A stretch of 64,000 nucleotides of DNA from NCBI GenBank assembly GCA_001599295.1, contig BCGN01000002.1, forward strand, positions 930,001-994,000, read 5' to 3'. Position numbers and translations under genes: made by a program. The notes beneath the pieces were generated by a model, which worked only from the letters and a program-made list of their open reading frames with translations, searched no databases and was not told where the DNA came from. This DNA is from Sporopachydermia quercuum. Lineage: Eukaryota. Below, one piece after another: positions 47,586-60,900 of this stretch (the first letter of the stretch is position 1; the number at the start of each line of letters is the position of its first letter).

Positions 47586-47917
47586 AGTGAAGTTGGAGTA
47601 CGAGTTTCTCTTTGTCAAAAAAAATTGTAGATCTCGATATTTGCTATATATATTGATACCAGAACATTACTAGGAGTGATGTGTGCGGTTTGAGTGTGAC
47701 ATAGATCAATTGATACAGATCACAAGTCTAAGTGCTTGTAACGCTATACAAAGCTATAAAAGTTGTAGATAGACCAACGGTTTGCTTAAAGAGAGACTGG
47801 GCCCTTCTGAGAGGTGAAGATGATTAAAAGGTGGTAAAGTATGATAGACAATAATAGTATTACTGCTCAGTGATTATAAGGATAATAGCTTTTGAATAAC
47901 TCCATTCTTGTAATGAT

Positions 47918-47923
47918 ACGCGT
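47918..47923. promoter_or_regulatory. MCB element (ACGCGT) ~330 bp upstream of RAD53
   Basis: Exact ACGCGT; RAD53 is a G1/S MBF target in S. cerevisiae; single 6-mer only. Confidence 0.5.
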
Positions 47924-48133
47924 ACTCGGATCGGAATCTATGTCAGATGATTTTTTCCTAAATACTCCAAAATAATCCAAACCGGAGAAGATATTTAAGC
48001 CTATTGCAAGGTATGAAGTAGAACGTTGTCTGATAGTTTAGACCTCCATAATGACATAACGATATAATGATATAATGGTATTCTTTAATGACACAGGAAT
48101 TATGTGGATAAATCTAGAGTAGTTTGAGTTTGC

Positions 48134-48158
48134 AGAAGGTAGAAGGTAGAAGGTAGAA
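48134..48158. repeat. Tandem repeat (AGAAGGT)x3.5
   Basis: agaaggt agaaggt agaaggt agaa. Confidence 0.85.
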
Positions 48159-48813
48159 AAACAAGTAGAACAAGAAGCAATGATATATGGCAATAGGTAA
48201 CATATAGTTTTCTATGTAGAGGAAAAAATCTCACTAATCCAGAACGACATCAGTCGGTCTCACCCCATGCGAACGTAAATTCATTTGGGGGCTAGAAAAC
48301 CTTTCTGTTTGTTGCTTCATTTAGTTCCACTCAAACCAAATATACAATAACGTTTTCCATACTAAATTGATAACGTCACGTGAATTCTTATGTGAGTATC
48401 TAACTAGATCTTTAGAAACCCCTTCAGCAACTTCAGTTCTTCAAATTACCCCCTACTGTAGTTTTCAGCACTATATATTCCTCTCAACCCAATTTTGTCC
48501 CAATACTTATAAATGTAAACAAAAGCAAAACCCTCATACTTGTATTTTGACATCATCTCTCACCTATCTAACAGCACTTCTTCTCGTAACTTATGTCCTG
48601 TGAATATCTGGGTTATATCCATTGATTACTGATGTTAATTTGAGTCATTGAGTTTAATATACTGAACAGGAATTGGCCTTCTGATAGCTTGACATCTTCA
48701 AGTTAGGGTACTAATTCGAGTTTCCATTAACAACAGCACGACACAGGACCGTAGTGTTCATCTAATTCTTGCATGCTTATATTGTTCAATTTCTTTGGTT
48801 AAAATCTTCCAGA

Positions 48814-50406
48814 ATGACTGAAGAAGATACAACGAACTCCTTCAACGAGATATATTCTTTCTGCAACACTTCGTCCGACGTGGAAAGGTCCAGGAATGAA
48901 AACGAAGAAACCCCAAGAATCAACAATAAAACACAACTGGACTTAACTGGGATACCTGGTCTGAACAGATTGCCCTTTTCAGAACTGTCAAACAACCAAT
49001 TAAGCGGTCAAGATTTGATGGACAGTGTTAAAAGAGCGAAAGCAATTTTTCTTCCCATGAGAGAGGTACGAGTGAATTCAGGAAGAAAATCCGGAACTGG
49101 ATCATCACCTACACCTAATGATTCATACACATCCAAAATACTTGATTCGGACTCATCAACCTTTGAATCATCTTTTAACTCTCCCACAGCTTCAAATACT
49201 CTGTACAATAGAACTCCTACAAGACGTGGAAAAGATGTCTCTTCCATACTGAAGAAAAGCCCAAGCAAAGCACTGGTCAATTCTCCTAGTAAAAAGGTTG
49301 TTATATCGCCAGTCAAATCATATCATGTCTATTCTCCAAAGGCATCGTCTCCTCTGAGAAGATCTGCTCACAAAAACTCGTATTCCATTATGAACTTGTC
49401 TCAGTTAGATACCAGAAGCTCCGGGTCACGAAGTTACCATGGCCATAGTGGACATAAAGTGAAACAACTGATTGATAAGTCGTACGACAACAGTTTCAGC
49501 TCAGAATCTGATACAACTGAGCCTTCATTTGATAGAGGTGGTGTTTATATAGCTCCAGAGGATGAATGGGAAGACCAAGAAGATGTTTCCTTCAATTCTG
49601 AGATATCTGATGAAACTACAACGTATCCAAGCTCTAGAGAGTCTTCAAATTCGAACTCGAATACAAACAATCAACAGTCAGGACCTCATTGGAGCTCTAA
49701 ATTGTTCACCGATCCAAGAGTACCTATTCAAATGTCTTTATACCTACAATTAACGTTTGATGCTGTTATTACGTACACATTGACATACTTACTTTACTTA
49801 TTCTATGCAACTATCTCTTCAGACATCAACTCAAAGATCGAATTGAAATCCTCCGAAATAGCTACAGAAATCGCCCAGTGTGCAAACCAATACATCCGAA
49901 ACAACTGTCAACCAGAATTACGAGTACCAGCGATAGAAGAAACATGTCAAGCTTGGGAATTATGTATGAAACGAGATCCATTGAAAATTGGAAGAGCAAG
50001 TGTTGGGGCAGCCACATTAGCGGAAGTAGTCAATGGATTTGTTGGTGAGATCACCTACAAAACTATGATATTCTGTGTCCTACTTGTTTGCGGAAGTTTA
50101 GGAATAGCAAATCTATCGTTTTCTGCTTATAGAGATTCTCGCACGGAGAGTTTCAATAAAAAAGCATATGAGAGTTCAGAATATTCTCGTAAAAACGGCA
50201 GTCCATCTCGTTCTGAAGCAAGCGCAACACCCAAGCGACGACCTGTAACTCCATCAAAATTGATCTACGTTCCATCAGCACAATCTTCAACTCAAAGATC
50301 TCACCGCAGTAACTCTAGAAGAGAATACTCCGTGATTCCTTTAGATCTAGTTGGAGAAAGTGGCAGAAGATCTTCGAGGAAGCCAAGAATGAAGCTCAGG
50401 TATTAG
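48814..50406 (+). CDS. BRR6: Nuclear envelope protein, Brr6/Brl1 family
   Basis: P..MSLYLQL, two TMs flanking four Cys (C..QY..NNC.P..RVPA....C..WE.CM.RDP), LAEVVNGF; convergent with RAI1 like BRR6; the length is more Brl1-like; first ATG at 48814. Confidence 0.85.
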   Translation: MTEEDTTNSFNEIYSFCNTSSDVERSRNENEETPRINNKTQLDLTGIPGLNRLPFSELSNNQLSGQDLMDSVKRAKAIFLPMREVRVNSGRKSGTGSSPTPNDSYTSKILDSDSSTFESSFNSPTASNTLYNRTPTRRGKDVSSILKKSPSKALVNSPSKKVVISPVKSYHVYSPKASSPLRRSAHKNSYSIMNLSQLDTRSSGSRSYHGHSGHKVKQLIDKSYDNSFSSESDTTEPSFDRGGVYIAPEDEWEDQEDVSFNSEISDETTTYPSSRESSNSNSNTNNQQSGPHWSSKLFTDPRVPIQMSLYLQLTFDAVITYTLTYLLYLFYATISSDINSKIELKSSEIATEIAQCANQYIRNNCQPELRVPAIEETCQAWELCMKRDPLKIGRASVGAATLAEVVNGFVGEITYKTMIFCVLLVCGSLGIANLSFSAYRDSRTESFNKKAYESSEYSRKNGSPSRSEASATPKRRPVTPSKLIYVPSAQSSTQRSHRSNSRREYSVIPLDLVGESGRRSSRKPRMKLRY

Positions 50407-50740
50407 AATGGAAGGTACACATTCTTCTATTTCAACGTAACAGAGAGAAAATGAGAATACAATCATGACTAGGACTAGGAATACGAATAATATTAATCAA
50501 TACCAGTACTAATACTAATACAAAGGTTAAGATTAAGGGAACTATATGAAATGTACAACGGGAAATGGGGCTACATTCGGGACTATTTGACGGAATAACT
50601 AGGTAAATTATACTACTAAGATATAAATAAAATACAAACGAGAAAAAATTCTAAGGGAAATTGAATTTTAGTATAAATATACAATGAAGTTCTTATCTTA
50701 TAATACCCTGCCTTCCTCCTCTCTTCTAATCGCTTTTTTC

Positions 50741-51934
50741 TTATCGTAACGACTCTCTCCATTGCCTGAACTCTGGATAAATCATACCATTTCTCAGTGC
50801 TTGAACATCTGCCTCATTTGCAACCTCAGCAAGAACAATCTTATTCGTTCCTGGTGCATATCTTAAGGTGAAAGCCTTCGATTCGTCCTGGGGAATACTT
50901 TCTTTCAACCACTCGCAAAATGCACCATAAAACCTGATTGCTGCTACTCCACTCCATTTCTGTCCTCTATTCGGAGTGCTACTTTTAGTCACCAAAGCAG
51001 GAATCTCTTCCACATCGAATTTATCACTACCGCATAATTCTAAATCTTGTGATCTGTACCCATATACAAGTTTTCTAATACCCAGTAAGAAGCATTGAGC
51101 CCAAGCTTTCATCAGCTTCCGTTCAAAAGTAACAGCATGATTGACAGTATGAATTTCTTTTGTAGTTTTTAGTTCCACATAATGTGGCAAAGGGTCATAT
51201 TTGGTACCATCAGGGTAAACTTCCGTGATTATTTCATTTTCTGTTTCTATTATTTTTGGCTTCTCTGGTTTGTAATCCCATACGCAATCCACTTCCCCAC
51301 CTATAATTGCTTTAATATTACCTATACCGGACCTTACTAATATACAATACTGAGAAGTAGTATCAACTGTTTTATGGAGACGAGCATCGAATTCTTCCCT
51401 TGAGCACAATGCTACAGGTTTTGGTATTGTAGCAATAGCTTCAAATTTGTATCCGGAGTAAACAAGGTTCTCCTGAAGTTCATCTTTTGATTCTTGCGCT
51501 CGAGCGGCCTGTGCTGCTTTAGCATCAGTTTCTATAAGAATGTGTCCGTCAAAAAAGCAAACATTAAATAGGAACGGCTCTGCATTGTCAAAAGGAAGCG
51601 TGAGTATTGTTCGAAGAATACCTCTGTATGTTATCATGTCTGCTGACACTTTTTTCCCTTTGTTGTCATTCTGTTCATAGTTTTTCAGAGCAAACAATAA
51701 GCCATCAAGATGATTGGGACTAGATACTTCGTCGTACTGGTGAAAATCCTTAAATCCTTTCCTCAGACTATGTTTTCTTTCCAGTTCACTATCTGGAAGG
51801 TAATAATAGGACAGCTCTTTATCACTATAATCATACAACTTCTCACCGGGGGTTCGAGAATAGCAACAGATTTCTTTCGGCTGTCTGATAGCTGATTTGA
51901 CTCTAGCCGTTAACGGCAGCTCAAATCTACTCAT
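50741..51934 (-). CDS. RAI1: Rai1/DXO decapping nuclease
   Basis: RQPKEICCYSR, ITYRG, YSGYKFE, GGEVD, YVELKT, KAWAQCFLLG; first ATG at 51934. Confidence 0.95.
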   Translation of the reverse strand: MSRFELPLTARVKSAIRQPKEICCYSRTPGEKLYDYSDKELSYYYLPDSELERKHSLRKGFKDFHQYDEVSSPNHLDGLLFALKNYEQNDNKGKKVSADMITYRGILRTILTLPFDNAEPFLFNVCFFDGHILIETDAKAAQAARAQESKDELQENLVYSGYKFEAIATIPKPVALCSREEFDARLHKTVDTTSQYCILVRSGIGNIKAIIGGEVDCVWDYKPEKPKIIETENEIITEVYPDGTKYDPLPHYVELKTTKEIHTVNHAVTFERKLMKAWAQCFLLGIRKLVYGYRSQDLELCGSDKFDVEEIPALVTKSSTPNRGQKWSGVAAIRFYGAFCEWLKESIPQDESKAFTLRYAPGTNKIVLAEVANEADVQALRNGMIYPEFRQWRESLR

Positions 51935-52080
51935 TCTCAAGGGATAAGCGTTGCTTCTGTAATCTTGTAATGACCAACTGGCTGGTTTATATTGAAATCA
52001 TGAGAGGAGTGCAAAAACAGTCAATGAATGGATAGAAATAACTATACAATCATGTGGTTGGAACTATTTTATGTTGAGGA

Positions 52081-52107
52081 TGAACTTTTCACTTCATTTG
52101 AGATGAG
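52081..52107. promoter_or_regulatory. RRPE-like plus PAC module upstream of RAI1
   Basis: TGAAAAGTTCA (minus, 52091-52081) beside GAGATGAG (52100-52107), ~150 bp upstream of a gene involved in rRNA processing. Confidence 0.55.
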
Positions 52108-55100
52108 ATGTTAGAGACTTGTTTAGGTGATATAAGACGGAAGTTATAATGAGTGTGCGAAAATATGATTTCCAGAATCCGTCAATGAAGTCTGAGTATG
52201 GATGATGAAGAGTAGGTGCCCTTTATTGTAGTTCTGCTATTTTATGTCAATAGGAAATATCTTGGGAGTAAATAACGATTGATATTTAAGTTGACTTACG
52301 TATAATATTCACATTAAATATAATATTAAGCGTGATCTATATAAGCATATATATATGTACCTACCAAAACTGGGGATTAAAACTGTTTCCTGCAATGGTT
52401 GGACCACGTGATCTGGTACAGAAGAATCTGAACTTGGGAACAGATAGCAATTATACTTGCTTATCAGTCTTCCTTCAGGTATTGAAACATGCTCTTTTCC
52501 TTCAACGATTAGTTCTGATTGTCAGTTATTGTCAAAAAATGGGGAAAGCGGTAGTCAAAACACTGCATTTACCAGCGGCACCGGCAATTGATCAAATTAT
52601 ACTTTGCTCACCATTCATCTACTACTCGTAATATCCTATGACGCAAATAAGACCGTTGGATTTCTATATATAAGCAGTATGTTACCAACATCTATGCTAA
52701 AAGATCTCGAATTCATCAATAATTCTTCCGAGTATTTTCTTCATTGAGATATTTTAGTTCCCTCGGATAGCACTAATCAGGAAGTTTCATAACTGATAAG
52801 CCGTTCCTCTTTAATTGAGTTTCTAACGGCGTAAAAATAGTGCACAGTAACTTGTTCAATTGGATATTGGTTTGTCTAAACAAAGGTATAAAGAAATAGG
52901 TTGATGTACTCATATCATAACTCGTTTAAGAAATACATTGAAAGATAGAAACGTCTTGGAGCTGTTTGTGTCCAGAATAAGGCAAGTCTTATAATAGTTG
53001 CTCTGTGATTGCGGGTTATGTGTTCATGATTAAGACGGTATTACAATATCACTGTCGAAGCATTTCCCGGAAACAATCACTTGGTTTCGATAATAGTTAT
53101 GAATTATAAATATTTTGTGCGTTTCAAAAGATGATATAACAACTAAGTATTAGTTTAATGCTCACTTCATTATATGAGATTCGACTACATCACCCAACTA
53201 TATCTCAGTCCGCGCGAATTAGCTGCCTAATTAATACCCTACAATTAATGTAGAGAACCGTTAATTTGTCACAACACGTCATTCTCCACATAATTTGCAT
53301 CTTTACCACGCGTGAAAATACATTATTGCAGTAGAATGGTTATTTTCATTTTTTTTCTTATACGATACACGTTCAGCTATGGAACTTGTCGATTTCTTAT
53401 ATTAAAAGTATAGATCAATACAATTAGTGATCAATAAGGAAGCGGATAGAGAAAAGGTTTAACAGAAGACTTATGAGGCGAGAACCGATGTGACAAGACA
53501 AGACAATTTGGGACTTTTTGCGATATTGCATTTATGTCATGAAATAACCAAGAAGTAAGACATATGGCTAAACGGACAGAAAATTCATGACTATGTACGG
53601 AAAGAATGATAAGAGGATGAGCTACAAATGGAAGAGTAAAAACGAGCGGTTAAGTATCTTCTAAAAGAAGATCGGCAACTTACAAACTTACGGAAAATAA
53701 CAGTGCCAACAGAAACGTTAAGCAATAATACTTTATCTGAGCTGCAAATCCAAATTTAGGGGAAAGGTCAAAAAGTTAGCTAGCAATACTATCGAAGTTG
53801 AACAGTTTTGGTACCCTCTAGTCATTGTTAACATGTCTTCAGAACTAGTTTGTTACAATAATATCAATTCCATTACTTGCCAGCAACCGCAAATTCGTGT
53901 AGAAAGATAATATAGAAGCAACAAACATTGTATCAACTATTGATTGAATAGTTTATCAAATCAAATCTCCAGTATGATAAGTTTGTTGTCTATGAAGACC
54001 GATTCAAAACCCATTATAATATAAAGTTCAANAATATAAATATAAGGTTTGACAATAAATGAAGTTTAATGCAGTATATAATAACAAGCATCAAAGTTTA
54101 ACAACCTTTTTCGCAATCCTCTTTCTCAAGATGTCGATTGAAAGATACTTCTTGTCAACTGGTACAGGATATAAATATCTTTGAAGATATGGAGCAGATT
54201 TGATATAAAAATCAAGCAAAAAGCTCTTGAAAAGCAAATTTTCAACTTTTCTAAGTTGAGAGAAAATTTGGTTGTGAAGATAGTTTGTTTGTATAAAAAT
54301 TACTAGTAAGCAGTATCCACAATCGTAAGATAATTATGATTCTCGTTCATCATTTGCACCCTCCATCAAACGATGAAAGTAAAACAAGCTAAATCAACAA
54401 TCTTAGGTAATCAAGTCCAGATTTCAGCTTGCTTTAGTGGTGTTTGCCATAATTGTGTTAGGCATTGCTCTTAGCCATAAGAATTGACCCTTTCCCTTTT
54501 TGTAATTATGGTCTATTGGTTGTTTATGGGTCAATGTTCTGTTGATTTTGAAGAAGCCACTGCAACTTTGATCAAACAAAAAAAATAACAGATGGTAGTT
54601 TAATGGTTGTTACTTGTACTCAAAAGAATATTTAGATTAATGGTTTTGATATTTATATCAGATTATCGTGAAATCATACATCATTCTGAGTTGACTCTAG
54701 TTGAAATAATTATTTGAGTTTGATCTTTGATCAATTCTCTCTTTTATGGCAAGTCATTATAGCTTTTGAAGCTTTTTTTTAAATAAACCAATATTTGATT
54801 TAAGTATTTCAAAGTNNNNACTACCTTAGCTAACAGCTGATGACCAAAAAGAAACTGTAGTTTCACTAGATTTTATATATTCACAACACAGTGTGGAGAA
54901 GATCTTTGAGGTGTTAGGCAACGGGATTCGAAACAACAACATAACTTGTATTTACATCAAAAGAAAGCGAAATTAGATTGAATGTTTTCAATATACTTAA
55001 ATAGTGCCAAAATCTTCTTTATGAGATATTTCAAATTCTTTGGCAAAAGGGAGTAAAAAGACAAAAAGTAAACAGGCGGCTGTTGTAAGTAAAACGTACC

Positions 55101-55318
55101 ACTGTCAAATATCTGAGCCTTACACATTTTCAGTAAGCTTTAAATGTTAAATTCAGCTTAATATTACCAAAATATTCACTATGTAATTTTCTCCATTGTT
55201 GGTAATCCTCACCTATGAGTGCGGTATTCAATTCCTTTTTGTCTGGTATCTTACATTCTGGCGAAAGCGGCCTAAATAGGACCCATATTGATTACAAGTG
55301 GCAATATAGTCGACACAT

Positions 55319-55333
55319 ACACACACACACACA
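55319..55333. repeat. (AC)n microsatellite
   Basis: acacacacacacaca. Confidence 0.85.
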
Positions 55334-57923
55334 TAGTAACTTATACAACGTTTAAAGGTAAACTAGCCAGATTGAAAAATCTGTGTGCAATTTATACGAG
55401 GTATTGTCACACCGAATGATCGCAAGCTCATTAGATCGTTTAAGCCAAACTATTCAAACGCCAAGCTGGTTGATACTTATTGCTTACTTTCAACTCATTG
55501 TGCTACTCAACAGCAAAAGTACGCTAAATCTTGGTAATGCTCTTACTGAAAACACTCAGGTGCTCAGTCGTTTCTTTCAATTATTCATAAGTATATTATT
55601 ATGACAGAATTCATTATAATTTTCTCGTAATATCTTCTTGATATCTTTTCTTGATAACTCCCTACTGGATCCCAGAAAGATTTCGATAGTAATATTTCTC
55701 AAATATTTGTATAATTGTTACTGAATATCTATTGAATTGTTAATTTGGTTCTTCTGCAACTTACCAAGGGTATCCTTATTACGTTGCTATCATTTTCACT
55801 AAGAACTGTTGTTATTAAATGAATTACAGTTGATTTCCTAATGGAACTACACAAGATATTTTCACATTCCTCTTAAGGAACTTTTAGAGACTTGGTGCTA
55901 ACTTAATCCTAAACCAGAAACTAATGTCTCTTATCTCCAGTTTTATTTATATTTTCGGTATGTAACTAAAAATCGGCATTCGGTTGTTAAATCACATCGG
56001 CAAAACGGGTCATAAATAAAATCCGCATTTCTTGTTTGTCATTATAGTTGACAATTGACCTATCGCTATTAACTAATAATTTTTTAATCTAGTAATACAC
56101 AAATCTCCACTGGTTTTAATTTTGTCCGTCCTGAAAACTTGTACATTACATAAAGATAGTTATTGATTCAACTGCTTGAAAGAGAGAAACTTGTTGAGTA
56201 ACCACTGGTACCCTGGCTGATCTGTTACAAACCACATCATAACATTTATCAAATTATATATGTAGAACAAAGGTGATTAGAGTAACCGATGGAATACCTC
56301 GATTATTAAATATTGAGATGAATGAAGGGTTCAAATATTTATAATTATTGATCTTCAAGTTAATTATTTCAATAATGGAGTTTTATACTCTTCTCAGCAT
56401 TGGAACCCTTCAGTTTTATTGTGAATATTAAAAGAGGCATCTCTATCATTATATATAAACTTTACCTTCAGTTCAATAACTTTCCTTCAAAAAATAAGTA
56501 GTTTGACATTAACGCTAGGCTTATCATACCCATCAAGCAATATCGTATAAGAGACCGCTATTGGTAACATGGTTAGCTACCGAGAGGCTGTTAGGTTAGT
56601 TCAACATTCCCATATTGACCCTCCACATTTGATCAAAGTTGAGCAAAGTAATGCTGAAAGTAAAAGTCTCATTTGGTTCTTTCACCATTTGCAAATAAGT
56701 TCGATAAAGTTTCGTGTTTCTTCAACCGGAAAGCTTGGCATGAAATCTTACGAAGTACGGTTGGTTCAACGGGAAATATAGAAAGAAACTGCTCAAATCT
56801 AAATCTGAGAAAATACTTGATTTTTTGAAACTGAGTACTTTGTAGAAGTCATTACATATAAAATCCTTATAAGGGTAACTAACGGTGATAGCTTTTGAAG
56901 CAATATATGAGTTGTATTCAAGTGTCATTAACTCCTGCAATGTAGTGTTTCCATGTCAATAACCAATAGTTGGAGTGTACTTGAAAACTGCTCACTAGTT
57001 TACTAGTACTTAAAACAATTCCAATTGACTAACTACAAGACATTGATTACTTCCAATGTCAATTATACAACCATAAGTGATCTTTCACTTTTCTATATTC
57101 ACGTTTGGCGATGGTTATTCAAAGTAACAGAAGAGCTTTCTTGCATCAATAAGCAAACAAGTCTTCGAAGACCACTAGTTTGGAAGGTAGCATAGATCCC
57201 TTCTAGCTCTGGCTAATTTAGTAGCTGATTATATTGTCAGTTTCCTTTTCTAGTACTAATTATCCATATTGTCATGTTTTCATTGACTCATAATTTGTCA
57301 CTTATTGTCTAATATATGAAAACATACATCTATTAAGGATCTCTCATTCAGCATCCACAGTTTGCGTACACATTTTGTCAGGAATTTTATACTTTACTTC
57401 GATAATCTGGATTCATCTTATTATAACTAAACCTTAACCTTACATTTGATTTGCATATTAAAACATAGAAATAAGCTCATGCGGGATAAAAACGAAAGAA
57501 AAGAAAAGTTAAAACTTTATTTTATGTAACCCGATACTAAACCTTATTTTCTTCGCCTGATCAACAATACTTAATGTTTAGCAACTAATTGGAATTCGGC
57601 TCTTAAATTATCAGTTATTACCTCAGGTTTATCCAATTCCAATAAACAATAAAAAGATCGTTGTTCCCTTCTCTCATCTTTTTCATTCTGCACTATCAAT
57701 TCTACTTTTCATTCAATAGTTTTCTGTTTTTACAGAGTTATCATAGTTCATTAATCATTACTACAAACAACTATTACATCTTCTATTGTTGATACACTAA
57801 TTATAGCAAAAGCCCTTCTTAATAATTAATATCACTCGTATACATTTTTGTATTCAACATCAACCAAACCATTTAATGGTATATTTGGTACCCTACTGTA
57901 CAGTTCATTATTTCTAATTCAAA

Positions 57924-60900
57924 ATGGCTACAGCAGTATCACCAACCACAACAAGATCGTCGTATGACAGTTCTAACGATCACGACGTTCAAGGTTACTT
58001 CCCTGATAATGGAGCTGCAGAAGAAGAAAACCCTCAACAATACACTGAACAAGTCAAAAGAATCCTTTCAACTCCCCAATCAGTTGAAAGAATTGCATCA
58101 TTGGCAAGAACTCTTTCACGAAGAGTTGCTGCTGATGGTAAATTCGAAGTAAATCCTGATGATTTCGATCTGAAAGTCTTACTTGATTATCTTCAAAATA
58201 AATCCGGAGATCAAGGTATTGAAAGTGCAGCTGCCGGTATTGCTTTCAAAAATTTGACTGCAACTGGTTATGATGTTTCTGCTGCTTATGCACCAACATG
58301 TGCTGAAATGATCAGATCAATGATAAAATGGCCCATTACTTTGTTCAAGAAAAATTCCTTACCTCTAAGAAAAATCGTCAGAGACTGTATTGGTGTTGTT
58401 AATGCAGGTGAAATGCTTTTCGTTGTAGGAAGACCTGGTGCTGGTTGTTCAACGTTATTGAAATGTTGTTCCGGCGAATTGGAATCATTTGTTGAAGTAA
58501 CTGGTGATTTCTCTTATGATGGTTTAGAACAACACGAAATGATGAAAGATTTCAAAGGTTACGTTATCTACAACCCTGAATTAGATAATCATTTCCCATT
58601 AATTTCTGTCAAGCAAACTATCGATTTTGCTTTGAAATGTAAAACTCCAACCATAAGAGTTGACGGTATCTCCAGAACAGATTATATTGACACCATGAGA
58701 GATCTTTGGTGTACAGTGTTTGGTTTAAGACACACTTACAATACTAATGTAGGTAATGATTACGTTAGAGGTGTTTCTGGTGGTGAAAGAAAGAGAGTTT
58801 CAATTGTTGAAGCTTTGGCTTGTAATGCGTCAATTTATGCTTGGGATAACGCAACAAGAGGTCTTGATGCCTCCACAGCTTTGGAATTCTCACAAGCTAT
58901 TCGAACTGCCACCAATTTGCTTAACAATTCTGCTATGGTTGCTATTTATCAAGCAGGTGAGAATATTTATGAATTGTTCGATAAGGTATTAGTGCTTTAT
59001 CTCGGTAGACAGATTTATTATGGTCCTGCCAGTAAAGGTAAAGAATATTTTGAAAGAATGGGATGGTACAAACCTCCAAGAATGACAACTCCAGAATTTC
59101 TTACATCAGTAACTGATCCCAACGGTAGAATTCCTAAGGAAGGATATGAGGACAAACTTCCTCAAACTGCTGATGAATTTGAACAAGCTTGGTTGAACTC
59201 TCCAGAGTATCAAGCTGCTTTGGATGAATATGATGAATACTGCCAATTGCATCCAACTACTGAAACAAGAGATAGATTGCATAATGCTAAAATTCAAAGA
59301 AAACATAAATTACAACGTTCAAAGTCTCAATTTGTTGCTACCTTCTGGGCTCAATTGGGTTATGTTACAACCAGAGGTTTCCAAAGAGCAAGGGGTGAAT
59401 TCTCTTACCAATGTATTTATTTGTCTTCTTTCTTAACTAAAGGTTTTGTTGTCGGTTCCATGTTTTGGCATATTCCTCACAATACGTCTGGTGCTTATTC
59501 AGTTGGTGGTATTTTGTTTTATGTTGAATTATTCTGTGCTTTGACTTCTTTGGCAGAAATTGCTCACTCTTTCGCTCATAGACCCATTATTCTGAAACAA
59601 AAATCTTATTCCATGTATCATCAATCTGCTGAGGCATTGCAAGAGATTATCACTGAATTGCCAATTAAATTGGTGGCTGTCATTATTCTTGGCTTGACTA
59701 CATATTGGATGCCTGCATTGAAGCATAATGCCGGTGCTTTCTTTGCTTATATGTTATTCTTGCTGATGATTCAACAGTGCATGTCATTTACTTTCAAATT
59801 GGTTGCAACTCTTACTTATGACGGTTGTACCGCTCACGCTATTGCTGGTCTTTGGTGTCTTCTCTTATGTATTTATTCAGGTTTTATCTTGCCATTACCC
59901 CAAATGCATCATTGGTTCAAATGGTTCAATTGGCTGAATCCTATGAGATATACCTTTGAACAACTACTGGCTTTCCAGTTCCATGGTGTTGATCTCCCTT
60001 GTTCTTCTTTGGTTCCAAGAGGTGGACTATATGATAGTCTTCCTATTACCTATAAAACTTGTGCTGCAGATGGTGCTGTTCCAGGGGAATTCTATGTTTC
60101 GGGTGCTAATTATATGCTTGTTAAGTTTAACTTCAGATTTTCTCATGTTTGGAGAAATTTCGGTATTATGATTGCTTGGACTGCTGGTTTCATTATCTTA
60201 TATACTGCCGCATCAGAATTTGTTAAGAATGTCGAATCTGCTGGAGATATGTTGTTATATAAGAGAGGATTTTTGCCAAAGGGTAAATTAGAAACTGTTG
60301 ATGGTAAAGTTGCATCCAGAGAAGAAATGATGCTTGCACTGAATGGTCCCGATGTCGATTTAGAAAAAGTCATAGCTGAAAAGGATGTGTTNTCATGGAA
60401 GCATTTGGATTACATTATTCCCTATGAAGGAGGAAAGAGACAATTATTGTGTGATATTCAAGGTTATGTTAAGCCTGGTACTATGACTGCTCTTATGGGT
60501 GAATCTGGTGCTGGTAAGACAACTTTATTGAACGTTTTGTCCCAAAGAATTCATTTCGGTACCATCACTGGTGATATGCTAGTGAATGGTAGACCAGTTG
60601 ATGCCTCTTTTCAAAGAAGAACTGGTTATGTTCAACAACAAGATCTTCATTTAGCTGAATATACTGTTAGAGAATCATTGCAATTTGCTGCTGAGTTAAG
60701 ACAACCTTATGAAATTCCTAAGAAAGAAAAATACGAATACGTTGAGAAAATTATCTCATTATTAGGAATGAATAATTACGCTAATTCAATTGTTGGTAAG
60801 ATCGGTAGAGGTTTGAATGTTGAACAAAGAAAGAAGTTATCTATTGGTGTCGAATTGGTTGCCAAGCCATCATTGTTGTTATTCCTTGATGAACCAACAT

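Noticed and set aside
54910..54935. tRNA T-loop/B-box-like GTTTCGAATCCC on the minus strand
   Set aside because: T-stem does not pair and there is no A box or cloverleaf; not a tRNA gene
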